DNA of 63,237 nucleotides, filler included, from Octopus bimaculoides (Eukaryota): assembly GCF_001194135.2 (NCBI RefSeq). It is 13 parts of 12 records of this genome, joined end to end, with 100 filler letters (N's around TTAATTAATTAA, not from the genome) between each part and the next. Parts side by side here need not be neighbours in the genome. Positions count along the whole stretch, not along the records: positions 22,687 to 44,223 come from NC_068982.1; 12 more parts are not named here. One strand, 5' to 3'. Within the stretch, counting starts at the first letter, position 1, and each line of letters starts with the position of its first letter. Positions 25,705 to 37,768 of this stretch are shown here, in pieces. The notes under the pieces were generated by a model. It saw only the letters and a program-made list of their open reading frames with translations, ran no database searches and had not been told where the DNA came from. The position numbers and the translations under genes are program-made.

Positions 25705-25937
25705 GGTTTTTAACTTTTNNNNNNNNNNNNNNNNNNNNNNNNNNNNNNNNNNNNNNNNNNNNNNNNNNNNNNNNNNNNNNNNNNNNNNNNNNNNNNNNNN
25801 NNNNNNNNNNNNNNNNNNNNNNNNNNNNNNNNNNNNNNNNNNNNNNNNNNNNNNNNNNNNNNNNNNNNNNNNNNNNNNNNNNNNNNNNNNNNNNNNNNNN
25901 NNNNNNNNNNNNNNNNNNNNNNNNNNNNNNNNNNNNN

Positions 25938-25977
<40 letters not shown>

Positions 25978-26517
25978 ATCATGTATAATTATAAACATAT
26001 ATGCATATATACGTATGCGTACATACATACATACATACATACATACATACATACACAGTGGCGGACTGAGTCTAAAAATATTGGTTGCCAGGAGACTAAG
26101 GTGACCCAACCGGCAACTACAATGCTATCATTTAATTGTTTGCTTTTTTCTTTTTCGTTTAAAGTATTCTTTTCAACTGTCTCCAAACACTGCCAGGCTG
26201 AAATAATGCATTAATTAATGCATTCTTCCTGGAGTGAATTCAACATTTTCAAACTTGAAGGGATAGGCCCCTTATATACTAACATGGGCTCCCATATTTG
26301 GATTCTAATGGCGCAGGGGCCCACTTGCCATCGGACAAGCTGGTATATCCACTGGCGGTGCCCCAGCGTGGCCACAGTGTTAGGACTGAAACGTGTAAAA
26401 GAATAAAAGAAAATATGTGTGCATATATATATATATATGTGCACACACACACATATATATATATACGTACATACATACATACACGCACATACATATACAT
26501 GCATACATACATACATG

Positions 26518-26582
<65 letters not shown>

Positions 26583-26777
26583 TTACATACATAGTTAAAT
26601 ATGCATAATTATGTACGTAATTATGTATATGATTATATATATATGCATGCATATATACATACACACTAACATACACACATGCACACACGCATATATAGTG
26701 AAAACTATGCATATACATGTACTCTCAGTTGCATGCGCATATATGCATGTATGTATGTATGCATGTATGTATGTATG

Positions 26778-26820
<43 letters not shown>

Positions 26821-26899
26821 ATATATATATATATATATAGTCGATCGTATTCTCGCAATCAGCTGACATTGTGTCTAGACTGGAAATAACTACGAGAGT

Positions 26900-27230
26900 T
26901 GAAAATGTCGAGAATTAACAGAATCGTTATAAGATGACTTTCCTGTCGCTAGAATCTCATCTCAAATCCTGCCGAGCTGAATTTTCCTTTTGTTTTCATC
27001 CTTTTGGACCGATGAAGTAAAGTACTGAGCGAGATTTAATCGACCAAGCCCTTCCTTACACATTGTGGCGTTGCGCTGATGTTAGAAACATTATTATTAA
27101 TCGTTTTCACGTCGGGCGAAATGCTTAGCATTATGATAGTCTTTACGTTCTCAGTTCAAATTCTGTCGAGGTCGACTTTGCCTTTCATCATTTCGTGGGA
27201 TCGTAAAATAAAGTACCGGGTGAACGCTGG
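26900..27230 (+). mobile_element. SINE family B, two decayed tandem copies
   Basis: CAGTTCAAATTCTGTCGAGGTCGACTTTGCCTTTCATC matches the intact family B copy at 55092-55309. Confidence 0.65.
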
Positions 27231-27233
27231 AAG

Positions 27234-27310
27234 GCATTTGAACTCAGAACGTAAAAACGGACGAAATGCCGCTAAGCAATTGGTCCGGCGTGCTAACGAT
27301 TCTATCACCG
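27234..27310 (-). mobile_element. SINE family B head, inverted relative to its neighbour
   Basis: GCATTTGAACTCAGAACGTAAA...GCTAAGCA...CCGGCGTGCTAACGATTC is the reverse complement of the family B head. Confidence 0.75.
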
Positions 27311-27351
27311 CTTTACATCTTCCTTTCACGCATACATACATGCGTAGATAC

Positions 27352-27387
<36 letters not shown>

Positions 27388-27632
27388 GGTGGTTGTCTAC
27401 TCCTTAAACAGAGTTTGACCACCTCCTGCACCTACACCTTAGCCCTTTCATGGCGTCTGATGTGGCTTTTTAAACCAGACAGTGTTTTGAAAAAACACCC
27501 ACACAGATTGCACCTCTGATTTGCACTACCAATACCTGCAGGTAAGTTCTGCTCATTGTGGATCCTAACATGTCTTTTAAGACCCCCATTGGATTTGCAA
27601 ACCCTCTGGCACATACCACATTCAAACGTGTG
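27388..27632 (-). mobile_element. Two tandem C2H2 zinc fingers plus short tail; probable RTE-clade LINE 3' end
   Basis: HTFECGMCQRVCKSNGGLKRHVRIH-NEQNLPAGIGSANQR-CNLCGCFFKTLSGLKSHIRRHERAKV*. No TGEKP linker; tail GTAGACAACCACCA resembles the RTE tail GTGGACGGCCATCATC at 34.8 kb. Upstream is lost in an N gap, so a host ZNF exon is not excluded. Confidence 0.6.
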
Positions 27633-28477
27633 NNNNNNNNNNNNNNNNNNNNNNNNNNNNNNNNNNNNNNNNNNNNNNNNNNNNNNNNNNNNNNNNNNNN
27701 NNNNNNNNNNNNNNNNNNNNNNNNNNNNNNNNNNNNNNNNNNNNNNNNNNNNNNNNNNNNNNNNNNNNNNNNNNNNNNNNNNNNNNNNNNNNNNNNNNNN
27801 NNNNNNNNNNNNNNNNNNNNNNNNNNNNNNNNNNNNNNNNNNNNNNNNNNNNNNNNNNNNNNNNNNNNNNNNNNNNNNNNNNNNNNNNNNNNNNNNNNNN
27901 NNNNNNNNNNNNNNNNNNNNNNNNNNNNNNNNNNNNNNNNNNNNNNNNNNNNNNNNNNNNNNNNNNNNNNNNNNNNNNNNNNNNNNNNNNNNNNNNNNNN
28001 NNNNNNNNNNNNNNNNNNNNNNNNNNNNNNNNNNNNNNNNNNNNNNNNNNNNNNNNNNNNNNNNNNNNNNNNNNNNNNNNNNNNNNNNNNNNNNNNNNNN
28101 NNNNNNNNNNNNNNNNNNNNNNNNNNNNNNNNNNNNNNNNNNNNNNNNNNNNNNNNNNNNNNNNNNNNNNNNNNNNNNNNNNNNNNNNNNNNNNNNNNNN
28201 NNNNNNNNNNNNNNNNNNNNNNNNNNNNNNNNNNNNNNNNNNNNNNNNNNNNNNNNNNNNNNNNNNNNNNNNNNNNNNNNNNNNNNNNNNNNNNNNNNNN
28301 NNNNNNNNNNNNNNNNNNNNNNNNNNNNNNNNNNNNNNNNNNNNNNNNNNNNNNNNNNNNNNNNNNNNNNNNNNNNNNNNNNNNNNNNNNNNATATATAT
28401 ATATATATAAAACAAAAGAGGAAGTAGAAAAGCGTAGATTTCATATATAATTCCTAATTTTATTGTACTTTACAGTT

Positions 28478-28852
28478 AATACAGTTCTATATTTAAGAGA
28501 TGAGGAATTATGTACATTATCTACATTATTTACATTTGACGGATATTTGTCCTCTTCTTGTTTGGTGTTAACACAACGTTTCGGCTGATATACCCTGCAG
28601 CCTTCGTCAAGTGTCTTGGGGGAAATTTCGAACCTCGGTTCTCATTCCTAAGGTATTTTTCGATGTTATTATTATTATTATCATTATTATTCAGGTCACT
28701 GCCTGGAATCGAACTCGGAATCTTGGGGTTAGTAGCCTGCGCTCTTCACCACTACGCCATATGCCCGTGGAGGGTATATCAGCCAAAACGTTGTGTTAAC
28801 AACAAACAAAGACGAGGACAAATATCCGTCAAATATAAATAATGTAAATAAC
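28478..28852 (-). mobile_element. Composite SINE: tRNA-type head + (TAA)n + Penelope-type hammerhead tail, with inverted partial tail at the 5' end
   Basis: A box TGGCGTAGTGG (28759-28749), B box AGTTCGATTCC (28715-28705), (TAA)n 28691-28666, HHR 28615-28570, inverted tail copy 28769-28856. 13-bp direct repeat GTACTTTACAGTT at 28465-28477 and 28853-28865. Confidence 0.85.
28570..28615 (-). ncRNA. Minimal type I hammerhead ribozyme motif (HHR family 1)
   Basis: 5'-GACAC UUGACGA A GGCUG-(10 nt)-CAGCC GAAA CG UU GUGUU-3': stem I GACAC/GUGUU, stem II GGCUG/CAGCC, palindromic stem III (ACGU), GUU cleavage triplet. Core has U at position 3 instead of C. Confidence 0.72.
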
Positions 28853-29289
28853 GTACTTTACAGTTGTTTCAATAAAGTACAAACATCAGATGACACCTAA
28901 TTAACAAGCTTATTTAACTAATATAGAATGATTCCGTATATACATGCAATTTCAATCCATTCAGATTTACTGCATTCTAATAATTTATGGAATTAACGAT
29001 GTCTTATTTGGTGAGCTTTTCACTACTGAGAGTAGATTTTCCGTTGTTTACGCATCAGTTCACTATATAGATATATTGATTCACTTCCTCAGTACACACC
29101 CTCTTGGATATGTTTGAATTCATAACCCCCCCCGACTTCTTTCTTTCCCTTCAATTAACTTGCTCACTTTTCTTTCAGCATCACGCATTCATCTGCCTAA
29201 ATAACAAAATATAATTTATACAATCTTTGCATTGTACCATTTACATCCACGTATTTGTTTCAAACATTTTTTTCTCAGTTTCTCATCAT

Positions 29290-29336
<47 letters not shown>

Positions 29337-29446
29337 NNNNNNNNNNNNNNNNNNNNNNNNNNNNNNNNNNNNNNNNNNNNNNNNNNNNNNNNNNNNNNNN
29401 NNNNNNNNNNNNNNNNNNNNNNNNNNNNNNNNNNNNNNNNNNNNNN

Positions 29447-29484
<38 letters not shown>

Positions 29485-32400
29485 CTACACTGAATTACTA
29501 TCTAATCGATTCATCTAACATCAAGGCTAAAAAAAAAAGACAAGACAAAACAAAAACAAACCCTTTAATATATTCATTTCTAGTCAGTATTTTACATCCA
29601 GACAGCAAATGATAGATAGATTTTTTTTGCTTTCCCTGTGTAGATTCCACGAGTGTGAGGTCATTTCTGTGTATCTCAGTTTCATTCATGTTCTTGTCCT
29701 TTGCGTTTGTTTCTGTTTATTATTACTGACGGAGTAAGTTTTCCTGGCATCGAAGGAATACAGTAAACTTCTCAGATAACAGCGTTCCCTGGGATTTGAG
29801 ATGCCGTTATTATAAAATTTCCTTTGCGTAGGAAATTTTTATAATGTAAAAAAAAGAAAAGAAAGAAAGTACAATACATAAGGAATGGAAACTGAGCATA
29901 TTATATGCAAACTGCATAGTAAATAATTTGAAAAAAAAAATAATAAAGAAAATATTATTTTAAAAAATGAATGCTACATCCACTTCTGGGTTTATCGATT
30001 AAGTTTTTTGCTAACAACGTCCAATTTCTTATTCCATAAAGCAACTTAAATCTGTCAACAAACCATACAAAGAAACAAATGAGACTTGCAGATCTATTTC
30101 TCTTTACAATCTTTAGCTTTGGCTAAAATCATATCCCTTCAATATAGCTACACCTTCTGATCCATGGCTGTTTGATCTAAGCTGTTAAAGACTTCATTCA
30201 CTCAGTTGGATTGTATCTTTTATACTGCTTAAGCTTTCCCAAGTATTTCTTCTCATCCCGTTTACAGTTTCTTTCTTAGATTCCATCACTTTTCTTCTCA
30301 CGTACAACTCATTCTTTCTCACTTCATTAAATTCACTTTCTTCTCCGATTCTGGGAACTGTATGCTTCACTTCTATTTTAACAGAACACTATTATTTTAT
30401 AGTCTTTCTCTCCTACGCCGTACTCATTTCACGTATTTTCATTGCCATATAACATGCGCTCCAGCTTTTGTTTCTTTATATGCGTCTTTCATATTATTGA
30501 CACTTCCGCTTTCAATTTTTCTTGTCACAAATTACAAACTTTTTCTCACTCCCTTATCTACCGTACAGGAAATTGTCTCTCAGGATTCTCTTAATAATTC
30601 CATCCAATAACCCTGCCTCTGCTTTGCTAAATTGAACCACATTAATCACATAGCAATTCACTGCAATTACAATGAAGGCTATGTTTTTTTTTTTACGATA
30701 ATGTTTCACTTTCGTCTTAGTTTCCTTTTGGATTTCGATTTCCCCGAAACTGTTGTGACACGTTTAACTTTGTATGCTTTTCACTTTGCTTAATGCTAAG
30801 AAAAGTTCAGAGTTCACTTTTCCTGGATCAAGTGGATTTATTATTTTTTTTCTTACTATACTCTAATACTGTTGCTTTTATTAACATTCTCCATATGTTG
30901 TTAATACCTGCATGTCTTTTGAAACATGCTCTTGAACCACTTTTAGCGGGTGTAATATTAATTATTTCCATCATAGAGTGGTACCATTATCATACTTACA
31001 GATCGTTAATAAACAAACATTAAATACTTTTCTTTCTTGTGTTGACTTGTTTCTTGAAAAACGCGTTCGAATCGGGAGAAAACCCCCTCCTTGGACCCAT
31101 CAGAGAACCCTACATATCTTAGATCACCCTTCTATTAATGACTCGTGCCTTCTTTTTGCTATATTCTCCGGGCTCATTTACTTGAGCCATGCTTGACACT
31201 TCCACTCAGCAGCTTTTTCAACGCCATTACCTTCCTCACAAAGTATGGCTTGAAAAAGTCGATAAGGACTTGGCCTTTGAGGAAACTACTTGCCTTCAGA
31301 CCTTTCAATCATGTCAACCGTACTACCTCTTTGCCACAGACATCTGGCAAAGAACCGGTCAACCCCTCTTAAAGCCAAAGTAGAGCGGCAGGATGATTGA
31401 TATCATGATGAATTCAATCCAACCAACAACAACATCTGATCAATGTCTTCTCAAGTTAGCAATAATCGGACACTGAACGATAACACGCGGAACAGCTTCG
31501 TCGCTCTGTTTGCATCACGAAATGAGCGGCTGTAGGTACTTCCCTAGTTATACTGCTTATCTGGAACAAGCAATGTTTCTTTCGGTTGGCTGCCAGACTA
31601 GAGATTTCTAGAAATTATCCATAGACCCCGATCAGGCCAGATAACTGATACGTTTCAGCGATTAGAGTTTTCTCTAGAATGCCATTTCATTTCTCTACCA
31701 CAAGTCCTCTTTAGAAAGCTAACGTTGTAGTTCTGTCAGCCACATTGCCCTATTGGTATAAAGAATTTGTTTTCTCTTTGTGTGCTTATTCTGTTGTTTT
31801 TCATGCTTGCTTTCTCGTACGAAATTCAGTAAAACGCAGAAAAAAATCTTCTTTCAGTCTTCAGTGAATTCGGCAGATAAACCGTTTTGTAGTATTTGTT
31901 CTAATTTTCTATTTGCCAGCCTGGTAGATAGATAAATAGACAGACATGTAGACAGGAAAACAGACAGAGTTTACATCTCACCGTGGTCAATTTTGTTCTT
32001 CATGCACTGGTTCTATAAATAAAATACCAGTCAACTACTGCAATCTATTAGCTGGTCTGGTTCGGAGAACATTCAGTACCAGATAACTTCTAGAAATAAC
32101 TGGTTTACGAGGCTATCGAAAGAGGCATTGCCGGTTCCAGATACACTACATAGTAAGGAAAAACCTTGCGAAGACCTTGCGAAGGAAAATGTAACACTAA
32201 ATTTGCTTCTTTAGAAATCAAATTTATCTGTTTCGCAACACATATTAAAAAGTAAAATTTCTTTATTTGATTTTACCTGCGAGAAGCCGACAAATTTTAA
32301 ATTTGATATTACACTTTTGTACAGCGGCTAAAAAGCTGTACACTGCGAGTAAGAGATATGAATTAACTCTCCCTCCCTCCCAAAATGACGGTGTTATTAC

Positions 32401-32734
32401 TTCGATTTTGTATTTGGTTTCCAAGATTCTTGATGTGAATTCGTGTGTTGAAATAAATCTTGTGTTTTAGGAGGGGGTCATTCACCAACGCATGTGTTTA
32501 TTATTACTGACGTAATGACTCTTCCAAGACACAACAAGCTGTGTCATTTACCCTAAGCAACAACCGTTCAACCACAAATATTTTGTTGGATGCTCCAAAG
32601 TCTACATCTATGTGCTGAATATAGATATGAAACCATAGTTTTCGTATCAAGCTTATTTTCCGGTGACATGTTCGCGTCTTCTCATGCACATTAACCACCG
32701 GTTAAAAAGTATTTAAAAAAATCTATAATATATT

Positions 32735-33395
32735 AAGATTTTAGCAGTCTTTCAAATGTTGGCACCAGGCTAACGGTTTTTAGGAAGGGTTCTTGTTGAT
32801 TACATCAACTTCAGTCTTCAACACGTACTTATTTTATCGATTTCGAAAGGACGAAGTCCACCAAAGCAGCATTTAAACTCAGAACGTAAAGAAGCTATAA
32901 AAAATGCCACTAAGCGTTTTCTCCGATGCGGTAACGCTTCCGCCAGCTCGCAGCCTTTGTGAAGATTTTAGTATTGGTTGGCCAGAAATTTCGGGGGAGG
33001 CAATAAGCCCTGGTGCCCAACTGGTAATTTATTTCATCGATTCTGAAATGGATGAGATGTAAAGTCGACCTCGGCGGAATTTAAACTCAGAATGTGAGAC
33101 GGACAATATTGCGGCTAAGCCTTTTGACCGGCGTGCTAATGATCCTATCAAGTCACCGCCTTATGTAAAGATTCTAATATTGGTTTCAAATTTTAGTACA
33201 AAGCCAGCAATTTCGGAGGCGGCATTAAGGCGATTACATCGACCCCGGTGCTCAGCTGGTATTTATTTCATCGACCCCGACAGAAATGAAAGGTAAAGTC
33301 GTCCTCGCCAGAATTTAAACTGAGAAAATGAAAACGGACGATATGTTACTAACCATTCTGACCGGCGTGCTAACGTTTCTGCCAACTCGCCGCCA
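32735..33395 (-). mobile_element. SINE family B, three head-to-tail copies
   Basis: Units of about 200-235 bp end at heads GCCAGCTCGCAGCC (~32956), GTCACCGCC (~33160) and GCCAACTCGCCGCC (~33393); each has ATTTAAACTCAGAA and TTATTTCATCGA. Confidence 0.85.
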
Positions 33396-33644
33396 TATGT
33401 AAAATTATATCGATATATCTTTTAAGATATTAATATTCCATTGATATGGTGAAAACTGTTCTCATAATGCTGTGACGTTCAGACTTGCTAAAAGCTGGTC
33501 CAACTGAGTGTGTATCGAGCAGCGTAAGGTCAGTTTATGTATAAAAGTTACAGCTAGTATGTGCTGTTGCTTGGTAATTTTAGTAGCCTCTCGTAGTCAG
33601 TGAAAGACTGTTCTGCAATCTTTTGCTGAACAAGCAACACGAAT

Positions 33645-33878
33645 GATTGGCTTATAGTGATAAAATGTATGTGCCGCCCATTAGCTCACCCCCTTCATCA
33701 AATCGAGGTTGTTTGAACAGTTGCACGATCTATAACCACGTATCAGGTGTCGAAGTGGTTGCAGGACAATATGAGATGATAAAGGTTTTACTCAAGATTA
33801 CAACGTGCCACTCGGTTCAAGAATTGAAACCGTGATCTCGCGATCATGAGTGCAACACCCTAACCACATGGCCATCAC
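33645..33878 (-). mobile_element. SINE family C-related, near full length
   Basis: Reverse-complemented A box (CCTAACCACATGGCCA), B box (GAATTGAAACC) and TTACTCAAGATTACAAC core. Confidence 0.7.
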
Positions 33879-33894
33879 GATAATTTTTATACCA

Positions 33895-34150
33895 CATTCC
33901 GCGAACAGTCTGAATAATTCTAATTATTTCTGCTGTGTATGTGGTGACACAACTGTAAAATCTGCTGTGAACTTTTGGTCAGATATAAAGAAGACGATCA
34001 AAGCAATTGTTGGGCTTCCTTACATTCATTGTATGATGTGTGCAAAACTCTTACAAGGATAGCTAAATGGTTCTTGTCAGTTAACACTTGATATTCCGTA
34101 AAGTAAACCATAAAACACACAACAAAATGCCATTTCTATATTTCTGTATT
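33895..34150 (+). mobile_element. DNA transposase N-terminal Cys-rich fragment, Chapaev3-like (CMC)
   Basis: NSLNNSNYFCCVCGDTTVKS...IKK...PYIHCMMCAKLLQG*LNGS...KP..QNAIS resembles NxPxxFCYxCGE...APHxxCxxCxxxLxxWLNG...PxNHxxDCYFC. Superfamily assignment is from memory. Confidence 0.5.
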
Positions 34151-34369
34151 TCTACAGCTTTGTAATTACAAAGCACAATCAACTTAAAAGGAAAGAGCTT
34201 AATTAGATACTTTAAATTACTGCCTGCAATGAGATCAGTTAGTCGGAGCGTTCTATTATTGGTATCAAATCTTCAGACACATACATACCTTATGCAACTA
34301 AATGCGTGAGAATACATGCATAAAGCAAAACATACAAATCTGAACATATACATACATACAAACAAAATT

Positions 34370-34805
34370 ACCCTGTTGTTTATGTTGAAATTTCAATAAA
34401 AGAGCCTTGAGTCTAGGTTAGAAACCGGCTCTTTCTCTATTGGCAAGAAATTTTGAAATAAAACTGAACAATGACACACATACTGCCTAAATACCAATCT
34501 TGAGAAATTAGGCTTCTCAAAACCAGAAAGGAAAAAGCTGATTTGAAGACAACAGATCCAATCCATCACTGGAACTGTAAAAAACCTGTAAAACTTTAAG
34601 TACACATGAGCATGTCTAGGTATGTAATTATATGCATGAGAAGATATACGCAAAACAAAATGTATGAATCTGCACGTATACATACATAGATACAAAGATA
34701 TCTTGTTGATGTTGTCGAAATTCCAATGAAGGAGCCTTGGAACTAGGTTAAAAACCAGTTCTTTCTCAACTGACAAGAAATCTTGAAATAAAGCTGAATA
34801 ATGAC
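34370..34805 (+). repeat. Two tandem fragments of the repeat family also at 8261-8357 and 8490-8615
   Basis: 34370-34600 carries both parts contiguously; 34700-34805 repeats the first part. Confidence 0.7.
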
Positions 34806-34816
34806 ATACATACGTA

Positions 34817-35440
34817 CATGATGATGGCCGTCCACTCGTGATCGAGGAAGACCATTGCTGACATCCAGGAACATTGTGCGCTCTAGGACAAACTTATATT
34901 TTGCATTTGCGGCTCCGTTGGTGGCTAATGAGCCCTGCTCTTGACAAGCATACACGACTGCAAACATTGCAGACCAAGCTTTCCCCATTCACTATACGAG
35001 CCGTGCGCTTTCGCACAGCTCGCTTAAGTCCTTCATGCTGGATAGTGCTCTCTCAAAAATGTTGATCCCCTCCTTAACCTGCTTCTTCCATCTGTGGCGA
35101 TGGCTGGCATTGTTCTCCCAGTCAGTGTCCTGCATATCACAGGCCTTTAATGAGGACTTGGTGCAGTCCTTAAATCGCAGCCTTGGTTTCTGCCGGAGTC
35201 TCCTTCCATTCACAACTTCTCCCTATGGCATCTGCTTAGGAATCCTGCTATCCTTCATTCTAATTAGGTGTCCAGTCCAACGTAACCGCTGATTGTGCAC
35301 CATTGCCTCAATACTCAAGATATCAGCTGTTCTCAGGACCTGTGTGTCTGGAATTTTTGAGGTCCAGCCAACATTTAGAATGTGTCTGAGACATATCTGA
35401 TGAAAGCGTCGAAGGACCCTTACCTGACGTTTGTACAGAG
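34817..35440 (-). mobile_element. RTE-clade LINE 3' end with terminal zinc finger
   Basis: LRRFHQICLRHILNVGWTSKIPDTQVLRTADILSIEAM..QRLRWTGHLIRMKDSRIPKQMPYGE...RFKDCTKSSLKAC, then VCNVCSRVCLSRAGLISHQRSRKCKI* and a (CAT)n tail. Confidence 0.9.
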
Positions 35441-35917
35441 TACATACATACATACATGCATACATACATACATACATACACAACTACTGCCCCCGTCCAC
35501 ATATATATGCAAGTATACCCCAACTTAAGTGGATACTTGGTTCCGAGTCATGTTACTTAACTCGTAAACGACGTATCACGGAAATAAATAAATAAAATAA
35601 ATAAATTTGAAAAAATTATTAAGACTACAACTGTTTTAATAAATGGTTTGTAAATATTTTGACATCTATTTGATTTGATTTATCTTTACCTCAGAAATGT
35701 TTTTTTTTTAATGAGTTTTTAAATATATTCACTGAGACTAACGTAAAAGCCGCTCGAAACGATATAAGTTGAGGTTTAAGGCTGTATTCCTTTTCTTCAT
35801 TTCCTTTTTATCCCTCGTCCGTCCACTAAAGGTTTCGTCTGAAATAACATTTATTTATGTTTGTTTGTTCACTTCTGTATAGCATGTTTATCCATTTATT
35901 GTTTGCTCGTTCTAGTT

Positions 35918-36352
35918 CTGTTACAATGGGATTTTGTTCCACCAGGGTTTGCAGGACGTCCTCGTCGAGCTCTACAGATCTTTCAGAACGAGGCTCGTCT
36001 TCTAGGCTGTAGTTTCCGGCTCGGAATTTCTAGAACCACCGTTGACACTGGCTTACGCTTATTGTCTGATCCCCATAGACTGCACTAATATTCCTCGCAC
36101 TTTTCATTGTGTTGTTGCCTTTATTGAACTCATAAAGCAAAATATACAGAATATGCTCCTTTCTCACTTCCATTATAGCTTTGAAAAAATAACTGTTAAA
36201 ATCGAGCTGCACTCTTCAAAGCTTGCACTAAGAAGAAGGGCAAGGTAAATTACTTCCTGCTTTTATAGCAAGTCGATGAAGGTAGTTTATCCCACGCTTC
36301 TCCCACTTTTAGTTCATGTAACTGAAAAACCCCGCATTACTTATGGTATATA
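35918..36352 (-). mobile_element. Mariner transposon 5' part (TIR plus HTH region)
   Basis: MEVRKEHILYILLYEFNKGNNTMKSARNISAVYGDQTISVSQCQRWF*KFRAGNYSLEDEPRSERSVELDEDVLQTLVEQNP; TIR-like TATACCATAAGTAATGCGG at the right edge. Confidence 0.88.
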
Positions 36353-37495
36353 NNNNNNNNNNNNNNNNNNNNNNNNNNNNNNNNNNNNNNNNNNNNNNNN
36401 NNNNNNNNNNNNNNNNNNNNNNNNNNNNNNNNNNNNNNNNNNNNNNNNNNNNNNNNNNNNNNNNNNNNNNNNNNNNNNNNNNNNNNNNNNNNNNNNNNNN
36501 NNNNNNNNNNNNNNNNNNNNNNNNNNNNNNNNNNNNNNNNNNNNNNNNNNNNNNNNNNNNNNNNNNNNNNNNNNNNNNNNNNNNNNNNNNNNNNNNNNNN
36601 NNNNNNNNNNNNNNNNNNNNNNNNNNNNNNNNNNNNNNNNNNNNNNNNNNNNNNNNNNNNNNNNNNNNNNNNNNNNNNNNNNNNNNNNNNNNNNNNNNNN
36701 NNNNNNNNNNNNNNNNNNNNNNNNNNNNNNNNNNNNNNNNNNNNNNNNNNNNNNNNNNNNNNNNNNNNNNNNNNNNNNNNNNNNNNNNNNNNNNNNNNNN
36801 NNNNNNNNNNNNNNNNNNNNNNNNNNNNNNNNNNNNNNNNNNNNNNNNNNNNNNNNNNNNNNNNNNNNNNNNNNNNNNNNNNNNNNNNNNNNNNNNNNNN
36901 NNNNNNNNNNNNNNNNNNNNNNNNNNNNNNNCCCCCACATATACATACATACATTTATGCATCTATGTGTAAATAAATCTGTGCATGATATATATAATTA
37001 TTGTAACTTGGACAAATAGATACATTTATTTATCGCAATGTAATAAATCTACCAATAAGCCTACACGAACATTAAATACACGTAAATACTCATGCAAATT
37101 TATAATCCTATACACGCTTACTCAAGTCCACACATAATCCTGTCCGCACAGACACAAACTCCAATACACACTGCTTTTTCGTGTAAGTGTAGAAATACAA
37201 TACTGTCAGTTACGCTCGATGTGTTTTACACCTGGTTGTCTCGACAAAACCTATCAGACAGACAGCATCAGAGAACAAATGCTGAGGACCAAAGTCGAAA
37301 CTTAATCTATCATATTCTAATATAATATATTGCTCACAGTCAGTGTATTAGAAAATTATGTATGACTCGACAACACACATACATACATACATACATACAT
37401 TCATACATACATACATGTGTGTGTCTGTGTACATACATACTCACAGACATATGCAACATACGCACATACTTTTAAACTTAGTAATACACCCGTAC

Positions 37496-37561
<66 letters not shown>

Positions 37562-37731
37562 AAACATTTGTGCACACATACACACACACATATATACATG
37601 CATGTACGCGCGCATATATGCATACATACACACATATATACATGCATACATACATACACACACATACATACATTCATGCATACACACATACATACATACA
37701 TACATATGTATATATGCAGAGAGGGAGAGAG

Positions 37732-37768
<37 letters not shown>

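Noticed and set aside
26056-26354. Possible MITE starting CAGTGGCGGACTG
   Set aside because: The right end matches only 6 of 12 bases and there is no TSD.
28691-28766. tRNA gene
   Set aside because: It has A and B boxes but no acceptor stem and a poor anticodon stem; it is embedded in a TSD-flanked repeat, so it is treated as a SINE head.
37278-37305. CTGAG-GAC-CAAA-GTC-GAAAC hammerhead near-match
   Set aside because: Core is two nucleotides short and no stem I pairing was found.
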